IMG/VR virus record: IMGVR_UViG_3300042923_001106 | Span: 119,209-183,208 of that record | DNA: 64,000 nucleotides | DNA from: a virus | Direction: 5' to 3' (one strand) | Part shown: positions 8,846 through 18,695 of the stretch, piece by piece | Position numbering within the stretch: the stretch's first letter is position 1 | How the letters are laid out: each line of letters opens with the position of its first letter | Translations under genes and position numbers: made by a program | Notes under the pieces: generated by a model | What the model was told of the DNA's origin: nothing | What the model saw: the letters and a program-made list of their open reading frames with translations, nothing else | The model's database searches: none

Positions 8846-9289
8846 ATGAAAAAGGAAATTGTAAGTGTACCTAAAATTGAATATCAGCCAGTACAAACAG
8901 GTATTTCAAATGTTGAAATATGGATCACGAGCGATGGAGGAAGATTTGAAAACGAACAAGATGCCGAACATCACGAATTCTTGTGGCGCGTTGCTTGGAA
9001 AAATAAAAACCTTAACTTACATTATGATCCTGAAACTTTTGAATTTGAAAGTCTCGAGGATGCCATACGATATTTTAAAATTTATTCTGTTTATGAGAGG
9101 AAAGATTACTCCCTAGAGGAACTAAGTTATCCTTGCAAGGTTGTAAAGTACAGTGAGTATTCTTCCTGTGATTGCGCACTTCAGTATCAAAACGAGCATT
9201 ATTGTACGGAAGAAGATATGAGAATAACGAAAATCATTCCATTAGAAGACTACAAAAAGATGATGATCGAATATATAAGCGATCTATGA
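8846..9289 (+). CDS. Hypothetical protein
   Basis: Bounded by junction palindromes at 8813 and 9285; RBS AAGGGGG. Confidence 0.7.
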   Translation: MKKEIVSVPKIEYQPVQTGISNVEIWITSDGGRFENEQDAEHHEFLWRVAWKNKNLNLHYDPETFEFESLEDAIRYFKIYSVYERKDYSLEELSYPCKVVKYSEYSSCDCALQYQNEHYCTEEDMRITKIIPLEDYKKMMIEYISDL

Positions 9290-9524
9290 AATCTAAATTT
9301 CATGGGAAGGAGTATTTTCATGAGTTATGATCCAGAATTTTATTATCAAGAGTTGGGAATGGAAAAAGATGTTCTGGAACTCGAAATCAAGGATTGTGAA
9401 AAACTAATCGATAAACATAAAAAGAGAATTAAAAAAATAAATAAAAAGATGAAAGAGCTAGAGAATGAAATATAACTTTTATTCACCAAGGATCAAAAAT
9501 GAAGATTGAATGATGAGGTGAAAA

Positions 9525-10148
9525 ATGGATAATTACTTAGTCGAAGTTCAATTTGACTATGGAAGCAATAAAAATATACTCACCAGAGGACAACTTGATT
9601 TGCTTCAATCAATAAGTTCAAGAGAAGTCAGAGCCGATCAATTAAGCAAAAGACACTTAGATATTAATCAAACATCATTTTGGAGGGATGAAGACAAAAA
9701 CCATGAAGATGCTAGAGTTATGGTAGATGCATTCCATATTGGCGGAAAAACCAATATCGTATCTTTAAAAAATCTGTTAGATCTAGACATTCCTATTGAG
9801 TTTAAAATTCTAAATAAAATAAAAGAAATACCAGAATATAATGTGCAAGAAACGATATTTCATAAATTGATTAAACTTGAATCTAAATTAAATCAGTTTG
9901 ATCAACAAATGCAATTTAATTATAAAGTTGGTGTACATATCAGCGACCTTGGATTGCTGAACGTTAAACAGGTTACGTGGCTTGAAGATGCTTGCACAGA
10001 ACAACTTCAAAAAATGCTAGATAGAGGGTGGCGAATTCTTGCTGTCTGTCCACAACCCAATAGTCGTAGACCTGATTATGTATTAGGCAAAAATGATAAA
10101 TGTGAAGATGAGAAAGAGGGAATCCTTGCAGGTCGAAGTTGTAGTTAA
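9525..10148 (+). CDS. Conserved hypothetical phage protein
   Basis: 207 aa with RBS GAGGTG; C-terminal WLEDACTEQLQ...GWRILAVCPQP...RRPDYVLG. Confidence 0.7.
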   Translation: MDNYLVEVQFDYGSNKNILTRGQLDLLQSISSREVRADQLSKRHLDINQTSFWRDEDKNHEDARVMVDAFHIGGKTNIVSLKNLLDLDIPIEFKILNKIKEIPEYNVQETIFHKLIKLESKLNQFDQQMQFNYKVGVHISDLGLLNVKQVTWLEDACTEQLQKMLDRGWRILAVCPQPNSRRPDYVLGKNDKCEDEKEGILAGRSCS

Positions 10149-10181
10149 GTAAATAAAATATTTTTTATCAGGGGGTTGTAA

Positions 10182-10640
10182 ATGAACGGATTAACGGATG
10201 TTAGGTTTATTTTAGACCAAAAGCATGATTATGATATCGGTTCAGAAATTTCAATTTATCTCGGAAATAATGTTGTTGGTCAAGCAAAAGTTCTTTCAAA
10301 GAATTCAACATGCTGTATTAACCACCGAACTAATGATCGTGAACAACTTTATGATTATACCTTTGAAATCAGCGAAAATCTAAAGGCGTCTGGACACAAT
10401 AAATATACGCCTTATTTTAATGGGGCATACGGACGCCTGTGTGTTTCGGATAATGAATTGCTGAGAAAACAAGAGAAGGAAATGCACCAGCGGAACGTAG
10501 ATCGGGTTCGTAAGCAAGATATTAGTTTTAAATATGTATGCTTGTCTTGTGAAACTGTAATCGCTTCGAGCAAAGAGTTCAAATCTACCTCCTGTAAACA
10601 TTGCCGAAAGGGTAAATTAGAGCGAGTAAGTAATTGGTGA
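10182..10640 (+). CDS. Hypothetical protein with C-terminal zinc ribbon
   Basis: CLSC...CKHC; RBS GGGGG. Confidence 0.7.
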   Translation: MNGLTDVRFILDQKHDYDIGSEISIYLGNNVVGQAKVLSKNSTCCINHRTNDREQLYDYTFEISENLKASGHNKYTPYFNGAYGRLCVSDNELLRKQEKEMHQRNVDRVRKQDISFKYVCLSCETVIASSKEFKSTSCKHCRKGKLERVSNW

Positions 10641-10668
10641 TAAAAGACAAATTTGATTAGGTGAGAAA

Positions 10669-10872
10669 ATGGATAACGAAATATATGAGAGGCATTTACA
10701 TGTCCTTGATCCTTACGAGTATGAAGTTGTAGTCCGACGATACGGATTAAGAGGCTTTGAAAAAAGAACGCAAAAAGAAGTAGGCAATGAACTGGGTGTC
10801 AGCTGGTCGTTTGTATCCAGAGTTGAAAAACGGGGGATTTTTAAAATTAAACATGAGTTGATAAAAGAATAA
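10669..10872 (+). CDS. Stand-alone sigma-70 region 4 HTH resembling sporulation sigma-K/E
   Basis: LDPYEYEVVVRRYGL...RTQKEVGNELGVSWSFVSRVEKRGIFKI is close to the SigK-type TQREIAxxLGISRSYVSRIEKR pattern. Confidence 0.75.
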   Translation: MDNEIYERHLHVLDPYEYEVVVRRYGLRGFEKRTQKEVGNELGVSWSFVSRVEKRGIFKIKHELIKE

Positions 10873-10898
10873 TAACCATTAAATTGGAGTGTGCAGAT

Positions 10899-11123
10899 AT
10901 GCGAAAAACACTGTACGACTATATTAGCGAAAAGTACCCACACAGTATTAATGATTCGGATATGGAATGTATAGAAGATGACATTGCAGTCTATCTCATC
11001 CAAGGATTCACACTAGAAGAATGTGTTGATGCAGCAATACAGTATTACCATAATCATCGAATTTTCCAAGACGATCCTGCATCATGCTTTGGATTTGGAA
11101 TGCGAGAATATTTAGACGAATAA
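10899..11123 (+). CDS. Hypothetical protein
   Basis: ATG 10899 follows GGAGTG; the stop lies within the palindrome at 11119. Confidence 0.6.
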   Translation: MRKTLYDYISEKYPHSINDSDMECIEDDIAVYLIQGFTLEECVDAAIQYYHNHRIFQDDPASCFGFGMREYLDE

Positions 11124-11159
11124 AAGAGAATTTTCATTGGGAGATGAATTCAAAAGAAA

Positions 11160-11738
11160 ATGAATATTATTAATGATATTTTGCCATTTATTAAACCTTC
11201 CGGTAGAGACGAAAACGGAAAGTTCAATAAGAAATTATATAACTTGTTTAAAATGATTTCTAAGAATGAGTATAGCAATAGGCAACTTAGGGTTTTCTTT
11301 AAGCCCCAAAGTTGGTGGGACGGGAGTTACATCGATTTTCATAAAAACATTCACAAAGAAATTCATAGCCTTACAAGACAAATCATTCTTAGTCCATATG
11401 GAGAGCCGCATTCAGGATATTCACTTATGGAAGCACTAAATAAAAATAAACCAGAAGTGTATTCATGGATAATGCATAAGACGGAAGATTTTATCGATGT
11501 TACTGAGTGGTTCTTCAATACATATAGGTCGATTGGGCGATGCATGTTCGATAATTTACATCATGATTTCGATAACCAATACAACAATCGTTATTACATT
11601 ATTAATAAGAATCATCGTAAATGCCGTTGGTGCGGGAAACATTTTCATCGAGAACACCATAAAGAAGTTGAGGTCAGAAAATACACGATTTGGAAAGAGA
11701 CAAATAAAGAGGAGACAATTATTAATGCAAAAATTTAA
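11160..11738 (+). CDS. Hypothetical protein with C-terminal CxxC
   Basis: 192 aa ORF. Confidence 0.7.
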   Translation: MNIINDILPFIKPSGRDENGKFNKKLYNLFKMISKNEYSNRQLRVFFKPQSWWDGSYIDFHKNIHKEIHSLTRQIILSPYGEPHSGYSLMEALNKNKPEVYSWIMHKTEDFIDVTEWFFNTYRSIGRCMFDNLHHDFDNQYNNRYYIINKNHRKCRWCGKHFHREHHKEVEVRKYTIWKETNKEETIINAKI

Positions 11739-11907
11739 AGCATATCCAAAGGAAAATTTAGAATTGTTACCCCACACTTGGATAAAGGGATTGGATTATG
11801 AAGTGGTTCAAAAGAGTGATTATTTTGTACTTGCTTCAAATGAAGGACAAACCAATATAACCGGTATAGCAGTAGAAAGACTGGTAGACGTATTCGAATT
11901 TGAGTAA
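11725..11907 (+). CDS. Hypothetical protein (MQKFKAYP...)
   Basis: RBS AGAGGAG before ATG 11725. Confidence 0.55.
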   Translation: MQKFKAYPKENLELLPHTWIKGLDYEVVQKSDYFVLASNEGQTNITGIAVERLVDVFEFE

Positions 11908-11949
11908 CCTAACAAAACGAAGATTCTATAAGGAGGCAAAATTAGATTT

Positions 11950-12348
11950 ATGGTAAACATTGATGGGTACGCACGAGTCATTACTGATGAAAATGGTAAG
12001 ATTATTGACGTCACTGATTATCACTGGGACCATGACCAGTTATATGCATGTATAGGTAGAACAGAAATTATGGATTATGTATGCGATATTGAATCAAGCG
12101 ACGCCGAGGTACTGATTCCACTAACATATTTTTATCAAGAAGGAAAATGGATTGGTGCAGATTGGTGCGATCCCGAACAATGTCTAAATGTGGTTGCGGA
12201 ATATGTTTTGAGATGGGATTTTAAGAAAAAATATCTTGAAGATATCAAAAAAGCAAACAAAGATCAGCATGAATTGCAATATGTTGATGATATGATTAAA
12301 AATTTTGAAGAAATATATAAAGAAAAAGTTGATATCAAAAGCCAATAA
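11950..12348 (+). CDS. Hypothetical protein
   Basis: Bounded by palindromes at 11911 and 12344; RBS AAGGAGG. Confidence 0.7.
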   Translation: MVNIDGYARVITDENGKIIDVTDYHWDHDQLYACIGRTEIMDYVCDIESSDAEVLIPLTYFYQEGKWIGADWCDPEQCLNVVAEYVLRWDFKKKYLEDIKKANKDQHELQYVDDMIKNFEEIYKEKVDIKSQ

Positions 12349-12372
12349 AACGACGATTTTATCTGGAGGTGA

Positions 12373-12540
12373 TTGGATTCGTTGTACAGAGTTATCGAAT
12401 GGAAAGCTAATGATATTAAAGTTTATGATGTCGGCACAGATTTATCAGAGAATGAAGCAAGAGAATTATGTAATTAGGTGAAACGTGGTTTCTATCGAGA
12501 TATGGAACCAATGAAAATGTTTGAAGAGGATGAGGAATGA
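12373..12540 (+). pseudogene. Small ORF interrupted by an in-frame TAG at 12475
   Basis: GGAGGTGA followed by TTG 12373; the frame continues after the TAG to TGA 12538-12540. Confidence 0.35.
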
Positions 12541-12594
12541 ACACGGAATACCAGTATTTAAAGACAATAAAACAAAATATTAATTGGAGGAAAT

Positions 12595-13176
12595 ATGAAG
12601 AGAAACGTTGAGGAAGATATAAAAAAGCACTGGTTCCCCGAACATAAAGCAACTTTAACTCAGTATGGAGATTTGCAAGTTCTACAATGGGCAAAGCCGG
12701 GAACTAATACATATATGTGTCGATACGTGTTCGATGGAAATAAAATGTATATTAGTGGAGATATTGGTACTGCTGTATTCTGGCTGACTTGGAAAGCAGA
12801 TATCCATTCGTTCGATGATATCCATGTCGGCTACTTTGAAGAAAAGTTAACTGCTTATGAAGGTAAGCGAAGAAATTATGATGGCGATCAAGCTGAAAAA
12901 GAATTGAAAGACTGGAGAAAACGTCTCAATGAAAACGGAAAGAAATATGACCGAGAAATGATGCGGGAACTTATTAACGCTGCAAAATCGTGTTCAAGTA
13001 CAGATGAGTGGACCTACGAATATGTAAATGGGACTTATCACGAATTTATTTCTGATTTGGATTATGATTACTGGGATTGGATTTATACGATTGGTGATGT
13101 AATGCCAGTTCGTATACATGGCTACTTAGTAGGATTGAAAATGGCTTCAGAACAATTAAAGCAGCAAATGAAATAA
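12595..13176 (+). CDS. Conserved hypothetical phage protein
   Basis: 193 aa with RBS GGAGG; ...ISGDIGTAVF... motif. Confidence 0.75.
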   Translation: MKRNVEEDIKKHWFPEHKATLTQYGDLQVLQWAKPGTNTYMCRYVFDGNKMYISGDIGTAVFWLTWKADIHSFDDIHVGYFEEKLTAYEGKRRNYDGDQAEKELKDWRKRLNENGKKYDREMMRELINAAKSCSSTDEWTYEYVNGTYHEFISDLDYDYWDWIYTIGDVMPVRIHGYLVGLKMASEQLKQQMK

Positions 13177-13206
13177 CTCTTTAATCATGTATATTGGAGG
13201 AGTTCG

Positions 13207-13428
13207 ATGCAACTTTATTTTGGTTACCAATTATTAGAGATCCTGCATCCGAATCAAAAGGCATCTTGTGTCGAGGGGTTATACATAGGGTACGTGGTTC
13301 AAAAATTCATGTACGGTAACCAGTTGATATGGGCTAATGATGAAGTAGTTGAATTAAACGGAGGTAATGATCCGTTTTTCCGATATAGCAAATGGAAAAA
13401 AATTATTGACCAAGATTCGCAAACATGA
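13207..13428 (+). CDS. Hypothetical protein
   Basis: RBS GGAGG. Confidence 0.6.
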   Translation: MQLYFGYQLLEILHPNQKASCVEGLYIGYVVQKFMYGNQLIWANDEVVELNGGNDPFFRYSKWKKIIDQDSQT

Positions 13429-13470
13429 TAAATTAAATAAAAGAATATAATAAAAGGTGAGTGATAATAA

Positions 13471-13716
13471 GTGATTCTGAAATTAGTTGAAGTGGGGGAT
13501 ATCTCCGAAGCAAGATTTGTATCATTCGCTGTTAATCTAAATAATATCACAAAGGATAGACTTTATGAAGTAATGATTGGTAGACCAATTGCAATTGATG
13601 AAGTCGTTGGAAGACAACTCGAGCATATTTATCCTAATGAACACTATATCGTGAATGATTCCGGTAGAAAGCAACATGGAATCTGGGCTTTCATTAAGAC
13701 AAAGTATTATAAGTAA
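13471..13716 (+). CDS. Hypothetical protein
   Basis: GTG start after AAGGTGAG. Confidence 0.55.
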   Translation: MILKLVEVGDISEARFVSFAVNLNNITKDRLYEVMIGRPIAIDEVVGRQLEHIYPNEHYIVNDSGRKQHGIWAFIKTKYYK

Positions 13717-13747
13717 AAAAATAATACATAATCATTTGGAGGAAATC

Positions 13748-13963
13748 ATGAAGCAAATCGAGAAAGATGTGATTATGCTTGGGATGATCTCAGACTTTGT
13801 AAAAGGATATGGGAAGAAGATTAATGATTACATTCCTGAATATCAAGGAGATAAGGTTTGCAAATTTGGTGAGAAAGTAATTTTGAATGATGAGCATCTT
13901 GAAGGAATGCTTAAAAAATTGGCCAGTGATTGTTATAGAAGAGTTAAGAAGAAGTTAGATTAA
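13748..13963 (+). CDS. Hypothetical protein (MKQIEKDV...)
   Basis: Start refined to ATG 13748, after GGAGG. Confidence 0.6.
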   Translation: MKQIEKDVIMLGMISDFVKGYGKKINDYIPEYQGDKVCKFGEKVILNDEHLEGMLKKLASDCYRRVKKKLD

Positions 13964-14118
13964 TGAGTGATTTCATTGGAGGAAAATAAAATGGAAAAAG
14001 AAAATAAACAGGCAAACAACAATAATGTAAAGATTGAGTATAATTCATCGAAAAAGCACAATATAATCGTTGAAAAAATGATTAAAAAAAGTAGCGACAC
14101 AAGGAAAGATGACAATAA

Positions 14119-14577
14119 ATGATTTACGTAACAAATATCATTGCTGTATTATCACTAATTGTCTCGATTGGTCTAGCATTGTTCACGATTAGATTCAATA
14201 ATTATCAAATCAGTAACGTATACCTTGCTAACTCAAATCTGATATTTGAATCAAGAAGAAGGTCAAGCGAATTATTTGAGGCGTGTATTCCACTACTTGC
14301 CAAAGAAGAGATGGATATATTGAACGAATATGAGAAAACAATGCTTTCGTATTATCGAGAAATTTATGAAGAGTCTTTAGAAGTAACACTTACCGTATAC
14401 AATAACATTTGTTCGATATATCTTGATAAAAAAATGAACAAAAAAGCCTTCCTGAACTTTTACCAAAAAGAAATTGATGATTTTTTCAGTAGCAAACAAA
14501 TATCTAAAATTCTAGAAGAAAATAGAGATGAGTATTTGAAGCTGTGGATAGTATATTTACAATGGCGTAACAAATAA
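14119..14577 (+). CDS. Single-pass membrane protein
   Basis: Hydrophobic N-terminus IIAVLSLIVSIGLALFTI. Confidence 0.7.
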   Translation: MIYVTNIIAVLSLIVSIGLALFTIRFNNYQISNVYLANSNLIFESRRRSSELFEACIPLLAKEEMDILNEYEKTMLSYYREIYEESLEVTLTVYNNICSIYLDKKMNKKAFLNFYQKEIDDFFSSKQISKILEENRDEYLKLWIVYLQWRNK

Positions 14578-14617
14578 ATTAAAATAAAATCCTTATTTTA
14601 TTGGAGGTAATATAGGA

Positions 14618-14818
14618 ATGTTTTCAAATCAAGTAAACGTAAATGGAAAGTTTATCAGCGGCACAATTCAACGAAAGGAAGCTCACCATGCATATCTTTT
14701 TCTAAGTCAATTGAATTTGGGTGGTCGTGGAGCAAATACGTGGAACTCGAATACTCTACGAGAGATTGCAAATGAACTCAATGACGTTGCGAACGAGCTA
14801 GATAAGCAGAACATATGA
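14618..14818 (+). CDS. Hypothetical protein
   Basis: Bounded by palindromes at 14583 and 14814. Confidence 0.6.
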   Translation: MFSNQVNVNGKFISGTIQRKEAHHAYLFLSQLNLGGRGANTWNSNTLREIANELNDVANELDKQNI

Positions 14819-14854
14819 AACGAATGTTTTATCCAAGTTTTTGAGGAGGGACAC

Positions 14855-15100
14855 ATGAAACTTTGGGATATACTTAAAGATTTAAATTCAACGGATAAAT
14901 ACCCAATTGGCACTAAATTCAAGTCTTTAGCTCCTTATTGGTGCGATCTGACGGCAGAAGTAAAACCGATTAATAATTATCCTGACGGCTCAAACGGAAA
15001 GACGCTAAAGTGGGAAGAGGATGTAAATGGGTGTAAGGGGAAAATCATCGGATTATACGGTGGAGCAATTAAGTATGATTGGGAATTAATTAGCGAATAA
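14855..15100 (+). CDS. Hypothetical protein
   Basis: RBS GAGGAGG; stop within the palindrome at 15096. Confidence 0.65.
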   Translation: MKLWDILKDLNSTDKYPIGTKFKSLAPYWCDLTAEVKPINNYPDGSNGKTLKWEEDVNGCKGKIIGLYGGAIKYDWELISE

Positions 15101-15137
15101 AACTAAGTTTTTATCAACTAATAGGAGGAATAAAAAA

Positions 15138-15380
15138 ATGAAAATGTACATTATCGTTGATAAGTACAATGAAGGGTTTTACTACAACTTTGAAAAAGAA
15201 GATTTCTATATGGACATTACTGAGCAAAGTCTTCTACCTTCGAAAGAAATGGCTAAAACATATATTGAAGACCAACTATGTAGTGATTGTGTACCAGCGG
15301 AAATCGATATTGAAAGTGTTAGTAAAATGGGTACTTGGGTATATTCTATTGAGAATGTTTGGGATGATGATAAAGAATAA
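15138..15380 (+). CDS. Hypothetical acidic protein
   Basis: RBS AGGAGG. Confidence 0.65.
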   Translation: MKMYIIVDKYNEGFYYNFEKEDFYMDITEQSLLPSKEMAKTYIEDQLCSDCVPAEIDIESVSKMGTWVYSIENVWDDDKE

Positions 15381-15528
15381 ACAAATGAAATTAATTTTTT
15401 ATTCACCGAAGGAGGATAGAGACATGAAGTGTGCGTGGTTTGAGACTCTATCTAAAGAGATAAGTTTGATTAGCTTGTGGAGACAAAAGTTCTTTCCTAA
15501 TGCTAAATTTACGAAAGGAGTATGATGG

Positions 15529-17274
15529 TTGACAGAAATAGAAGAGAAGTATGAGAAATACTTTCAAAAACCAATGATTAAACCTACAAATGGCACAGAG
15601 TTTAAAGAAGTCGGGTTCAATCCTCATACGATCCAACATAAGCCCGATGATAGAGTGGTAATCATCGATGGTGATGGAAGCCCGAATTTCCCAAACCTAG
15701 CATTACAAAAGATAAGCGCATGGGAGAAGCGGAATGGTGTGAAAGAAGTTAAAATCATTAAACTTAAAGATAGACGTGTCAAAGGTATACTTTCAATCGA
15801 TCCAGAGTCAATTGAGGAACTTTATAAAATAAAAGATTACGATAGGGCTTATGTTAGTTTTATTTTCACAAGAAACAAGACTTTGGCACAGCAATTAATG
15901 GGGGAACTGATTAAAGAAGAAAAACTTTTTATTGACGGCAAGAAGATGAAAGTAAAAACGCCATTTTATATATCTAATATGTTCATTGGTGGTACAGGTG
16001 TTGACGAATACTTTGAGCTGCAAGAAGGTGACTTTAGATCAAGACCAAAGAGGATTACACAGTTACATTATGAGATTGAAAATATGTATCCTGATCATAC
16101 GCTTTATGAATCCGAATATGCGGATCTTAACGTGAAGTTTTGGTCTAATCCCGAACAATTCAAGATTCCAAAAAAATATACAAGTAAAATAAAACGGTAT
16201 GGATTAAGTCCAATTGATGGAACATGGGGGAAAACAAGCAAGGCAGTATCAATTAGCGACGATATAGTTGAGCGTTTTAATCATGCAAAGAATACATATG
16301 GTATTGAAGATGGAACAACATACAGAGGTTCAACAAGAGGAAATGGGTATTCATCAAAGGGATGTTCTCGAAAGTGTACGTTTTGCGTAGTTCCAGTTAT
16401 CCAAGGAGATATAGAACCGATGCATTACGGTCTGCTTGGTGTAATAAATTGGATTCTCCCCAGAAATTTATATCCTACAATGGATGAAATTGTACAGTTA
16501 TATAATGCCGGTTTGCTTAAGATGCGTCCACATGTATTTTGGAAGTTAAAAAAAGATAAGAAGACAAAAGAAATAAGTTATTATGTTGACCGAATTAGTG
16601 CATTCCTCACTATTTCAGATAACAACTTTCCAGCAGATCCAACTTGCTTAGAAAAAATGGATTACATGATTCTTAATGATATTGCTGTAAATTTGAATCA
16701 AGGTATGGATGCGAGACTGTTAACGGCTAAAGAACGTATTGACAAAAATGGTGTTCGTTATCCAAGTGGAACCGAAATATGTGAAAGGTTAAGTAAATTA
16801 TATTTCATCAACTTCACCGGTACATACAAACAGATGCACTTTAGTTGGGATTACATAGGTGTTGGCAGGATCGTGATTGAGGGAATCAGTCGATTAGTTA
16901 AGGAGTATGGGTTATCTTATTCAAACTTTGCTGTCTATTGTCTGTCAGGGTTCAATACAACTTTTGAGGAAGACTATAAACGCATTATGACTCTCAAGAA
17001 ATTAAAGATTGATCCTTACATGATGTTATTTAGAAATGTAGATGGCAGCGAAGGCACTAAATTTGATGGAACTCCACAAGACTGGCGAATGAAGCATTTA
17101 GCGCGATGGACCAATAATAAGATTCTGTTTAAAGCTGCACCGTTTGAAGAATATGATTATTATCTAAAAGAACTTGAAGAACGTTCAAAAGGATGTTTTG
17201 ATGAAGAAGTTGATAAGATGATAAGACTCGATGTGTTTGATTGGTTGACTACAGAATACATTAACCATGCTTAG
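15529..17274 (+). CDS. Radical SAM domain protein (581 aa)
   Basis: SKGCSRKCTFCVVP is the CxxxCxxC motif; also N-terminal D...FPNLALQKISAW and downstream DNNF and NQGMDARL motifs typical of phage radical SAM proteins. Confidence 0.8.
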   Translation: MTEIEEKYEKYFQKPMIKPTNGTEFKEVGFNPHTIQHKPDDRVVIIDGDGSPNFPNLALQKISAWEKRNGVKEVKIIKLKDRRVKGILSIDPESIEELYKIKDYDRAYVSFIFTRNKTLAQQLMGELIKEEKLFIDGKKMKVKTPFYISNMFIGGTGVDEYFELQEGDFRSRPKRITQLHYEIENMYPDHTLYESEYADLNVKFWSNPEQFKIPKKYTSKIKRYGLSPIDGTWGKTSKAVSISDDIVERFNHAKNTYGIEDGTTYRGSTRGNGYSSKGCSRKCTFCVVPVIQGDIEPMHYGLLGVINWILPRNLYPTMDEIVQLYNAGLLKMRPHVFWKLKKDKKTKEISYYVDRISAFLTISDNNFPADPTCLEKMDYMILNDIAVNLNQGMDARLLTAKERIDKNGVRYPSGTEICERLSKLYFINFTGTYKQMHFSWDYIGVGRIVIEGISRLVKEYGLSYSNFAVYCLSGFNTTFEEDYKRIMTLKKLKIDPYMMLFRNVDGSEGTKFDGTPQDWRMKHLARWTNNKILFKAAPFEEYDYYLKELEERSKGCFDEEVDKMIRLDVFDWLTTEYINHA

Positions 17275-17289
17275 GTGAGATGACTGTTA

Positions 17290-17517
17290 TTGGGCAGAAA
17301 ATTAAGTAGTACTAACAAGATGATTTTAGAATATCGGGGTATGTGCAATGAAATAAGTAGAAACATGCTTGATTACTGTGGATTTCTGTTCATTGATAGA
17401 CCAGATTTGACTGAAAAATATATTGAAGATGTCGAAAGGTTGCTCAGGAGTTTAGACGATAAGTTGTTCGATGCAAAGGTAAAGTTTTATCAAATAAAAA
17501 ATAAAGTAATCCGATGA
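17290..17517 (+). CDS. Hypothetical protein
   Basis: TTG start after AGGTGAG. Confidence 0.55.
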   Translation: MGRKLSSTNKMILEYRGMCNEISRNMLDYCGFLFIDRPDLTEKYIEDVERLLRSLDDKLFDAKVKFYQIKNKVIR

Positions 17518-17543
17518 AAAATGCGTTGTAGAGATAAGAGGTC

Positions 17544-18056
17544 ATGATTAGATTGAATAAGCGAACAACAGGAATGGGCGGACATCAATCGGCACGAATG
17601 ATGAAGGATGAATGGTTGACTCCACCAAATATTATAAAAGCGCTGGGCGAGTTTGATTTAGATCCGTGCTCTCCTATAAGTAGGCCATGGGGTACTGCGA
17701 AAAACCATTACACCATTTTAGACGATGGCTTATCAAAAGAATGGTTTGGTCGTGTGTGGCTAAACCCTCCGTATGGACGTGAAGCTTCGGATTGGTTGAA
17801 CAAGTTATCAATACATGGAAATGGCGTTGCATTAATCTTCGCTAGAACTGAAACAGAGATGTTCTTTGAACATGTATGGAATAAGGCAGATGCTTTGCTT
17901 TTCTTTAAAGGTCGTTTGTACTTTCATCATGTTAACGGGGAACGTGCAAGTGCGAATGCAGGAGCACCATCAGTACTTATTGCATATGGAACTGAGAATG
18001 TTAAGTCACTTGAGTTAGTTAGTAAGTGGGGACAATTGATTAAACTAAACCAATAA
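17544..18056 (+). CDS. Phage DNA N6-adenine methyltransferase (Dam-like phage family)
   Basis: DEWLTP, FDLDPC and WLNPPYG motifs. Confidence 0.85.
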   Translation: MIRLNKRTTGMGGHQSARMMKDEWLTPPNIIKALGEFDLDPCSPISRPWGTAKNHYTILDDGLSKEWFGRVWLNPPYGREASDWLNKLSIHGNGVALIFARTETEMFFEHVWNKADALLFFKGRLYFHHVNGERASANAGAPSVLIAYGTENVKSLELVSKWGQLIKLNQ

Positions 18057-18089
18057 AGAATTCATTTTATTACACCAAAGGAGGAAAAA

Positions 18090-18695
18090 TTGAAAATACA
18101 ACATTACAACTTTAAAGACTTCTTGCAACGTTATAATAACGATACAGATTTTGAACTATTTAAAGTACTTGAAGAGTTACCGATATTGACAGAGGGTGTT
18201 TGGATTGCAGGTGGGGCAATAAGACGTACAATAATTGGTGATCCGCTCACCTCAGATTTTGACTTCTTTTTCAGGGATAAAGAGTCCTTGGATACATATC
18301 GAAAACTGCTTCTGGAAAAGGGAGCAAAAGAAACTAAGAAAACGGACCATCAAGAAACATATACGATCACAGTTGCTGAGAAAGTACGGTTTATTCAATT
18401 AATAAAGATAAACTTTTATGTGGATGTTAAATCTGTTTTGGATTCATTTGATTTTACGATTAGCCAGTTTGCGTATGTTGGAACGAATTTGATATGCGGT
18501 GAGTATTCATTGTGGGATTTGTCCAGACGTAGACTAGCTTTACATAAACTTACGTATGGAGTAGCGACCATGAGAAGACTGATAAAATATTCTAATCAAG
18601 GATTTACCGCTTGTGCTGGTGTGATGCAAAGTATTCTGGAAGCAGTAGTGAATAAGCCAGAGACAATTAACTCGGAGATTCAATATATAGATTAG
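18090..18695 (+). CDS. Pol-beta-superfamily nucleotidyltransferase
   Basis: WIAGGAIRR...SDFDFFF...FDFTISQF, i.e. the AGG...DxD signature. Confidence 0.7.
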   Translation: MKIQHYNFKDFLQRYNNDTDFELFKVLEELPILTEGVWIAGGAIRRTIIGDPLTSDFDFFFRDKESLDTYRKLLLEKGAKETKKTDHQETYTITVAEKVRFIQLIKINFYVDVKSVLDSFDFTISQFAYVGTNLICGEYSLWDLSRRRLALHKLTYGVATMRRLIKYSNQGFTACAGVMQSILEAVVNKPETINSEIQYID

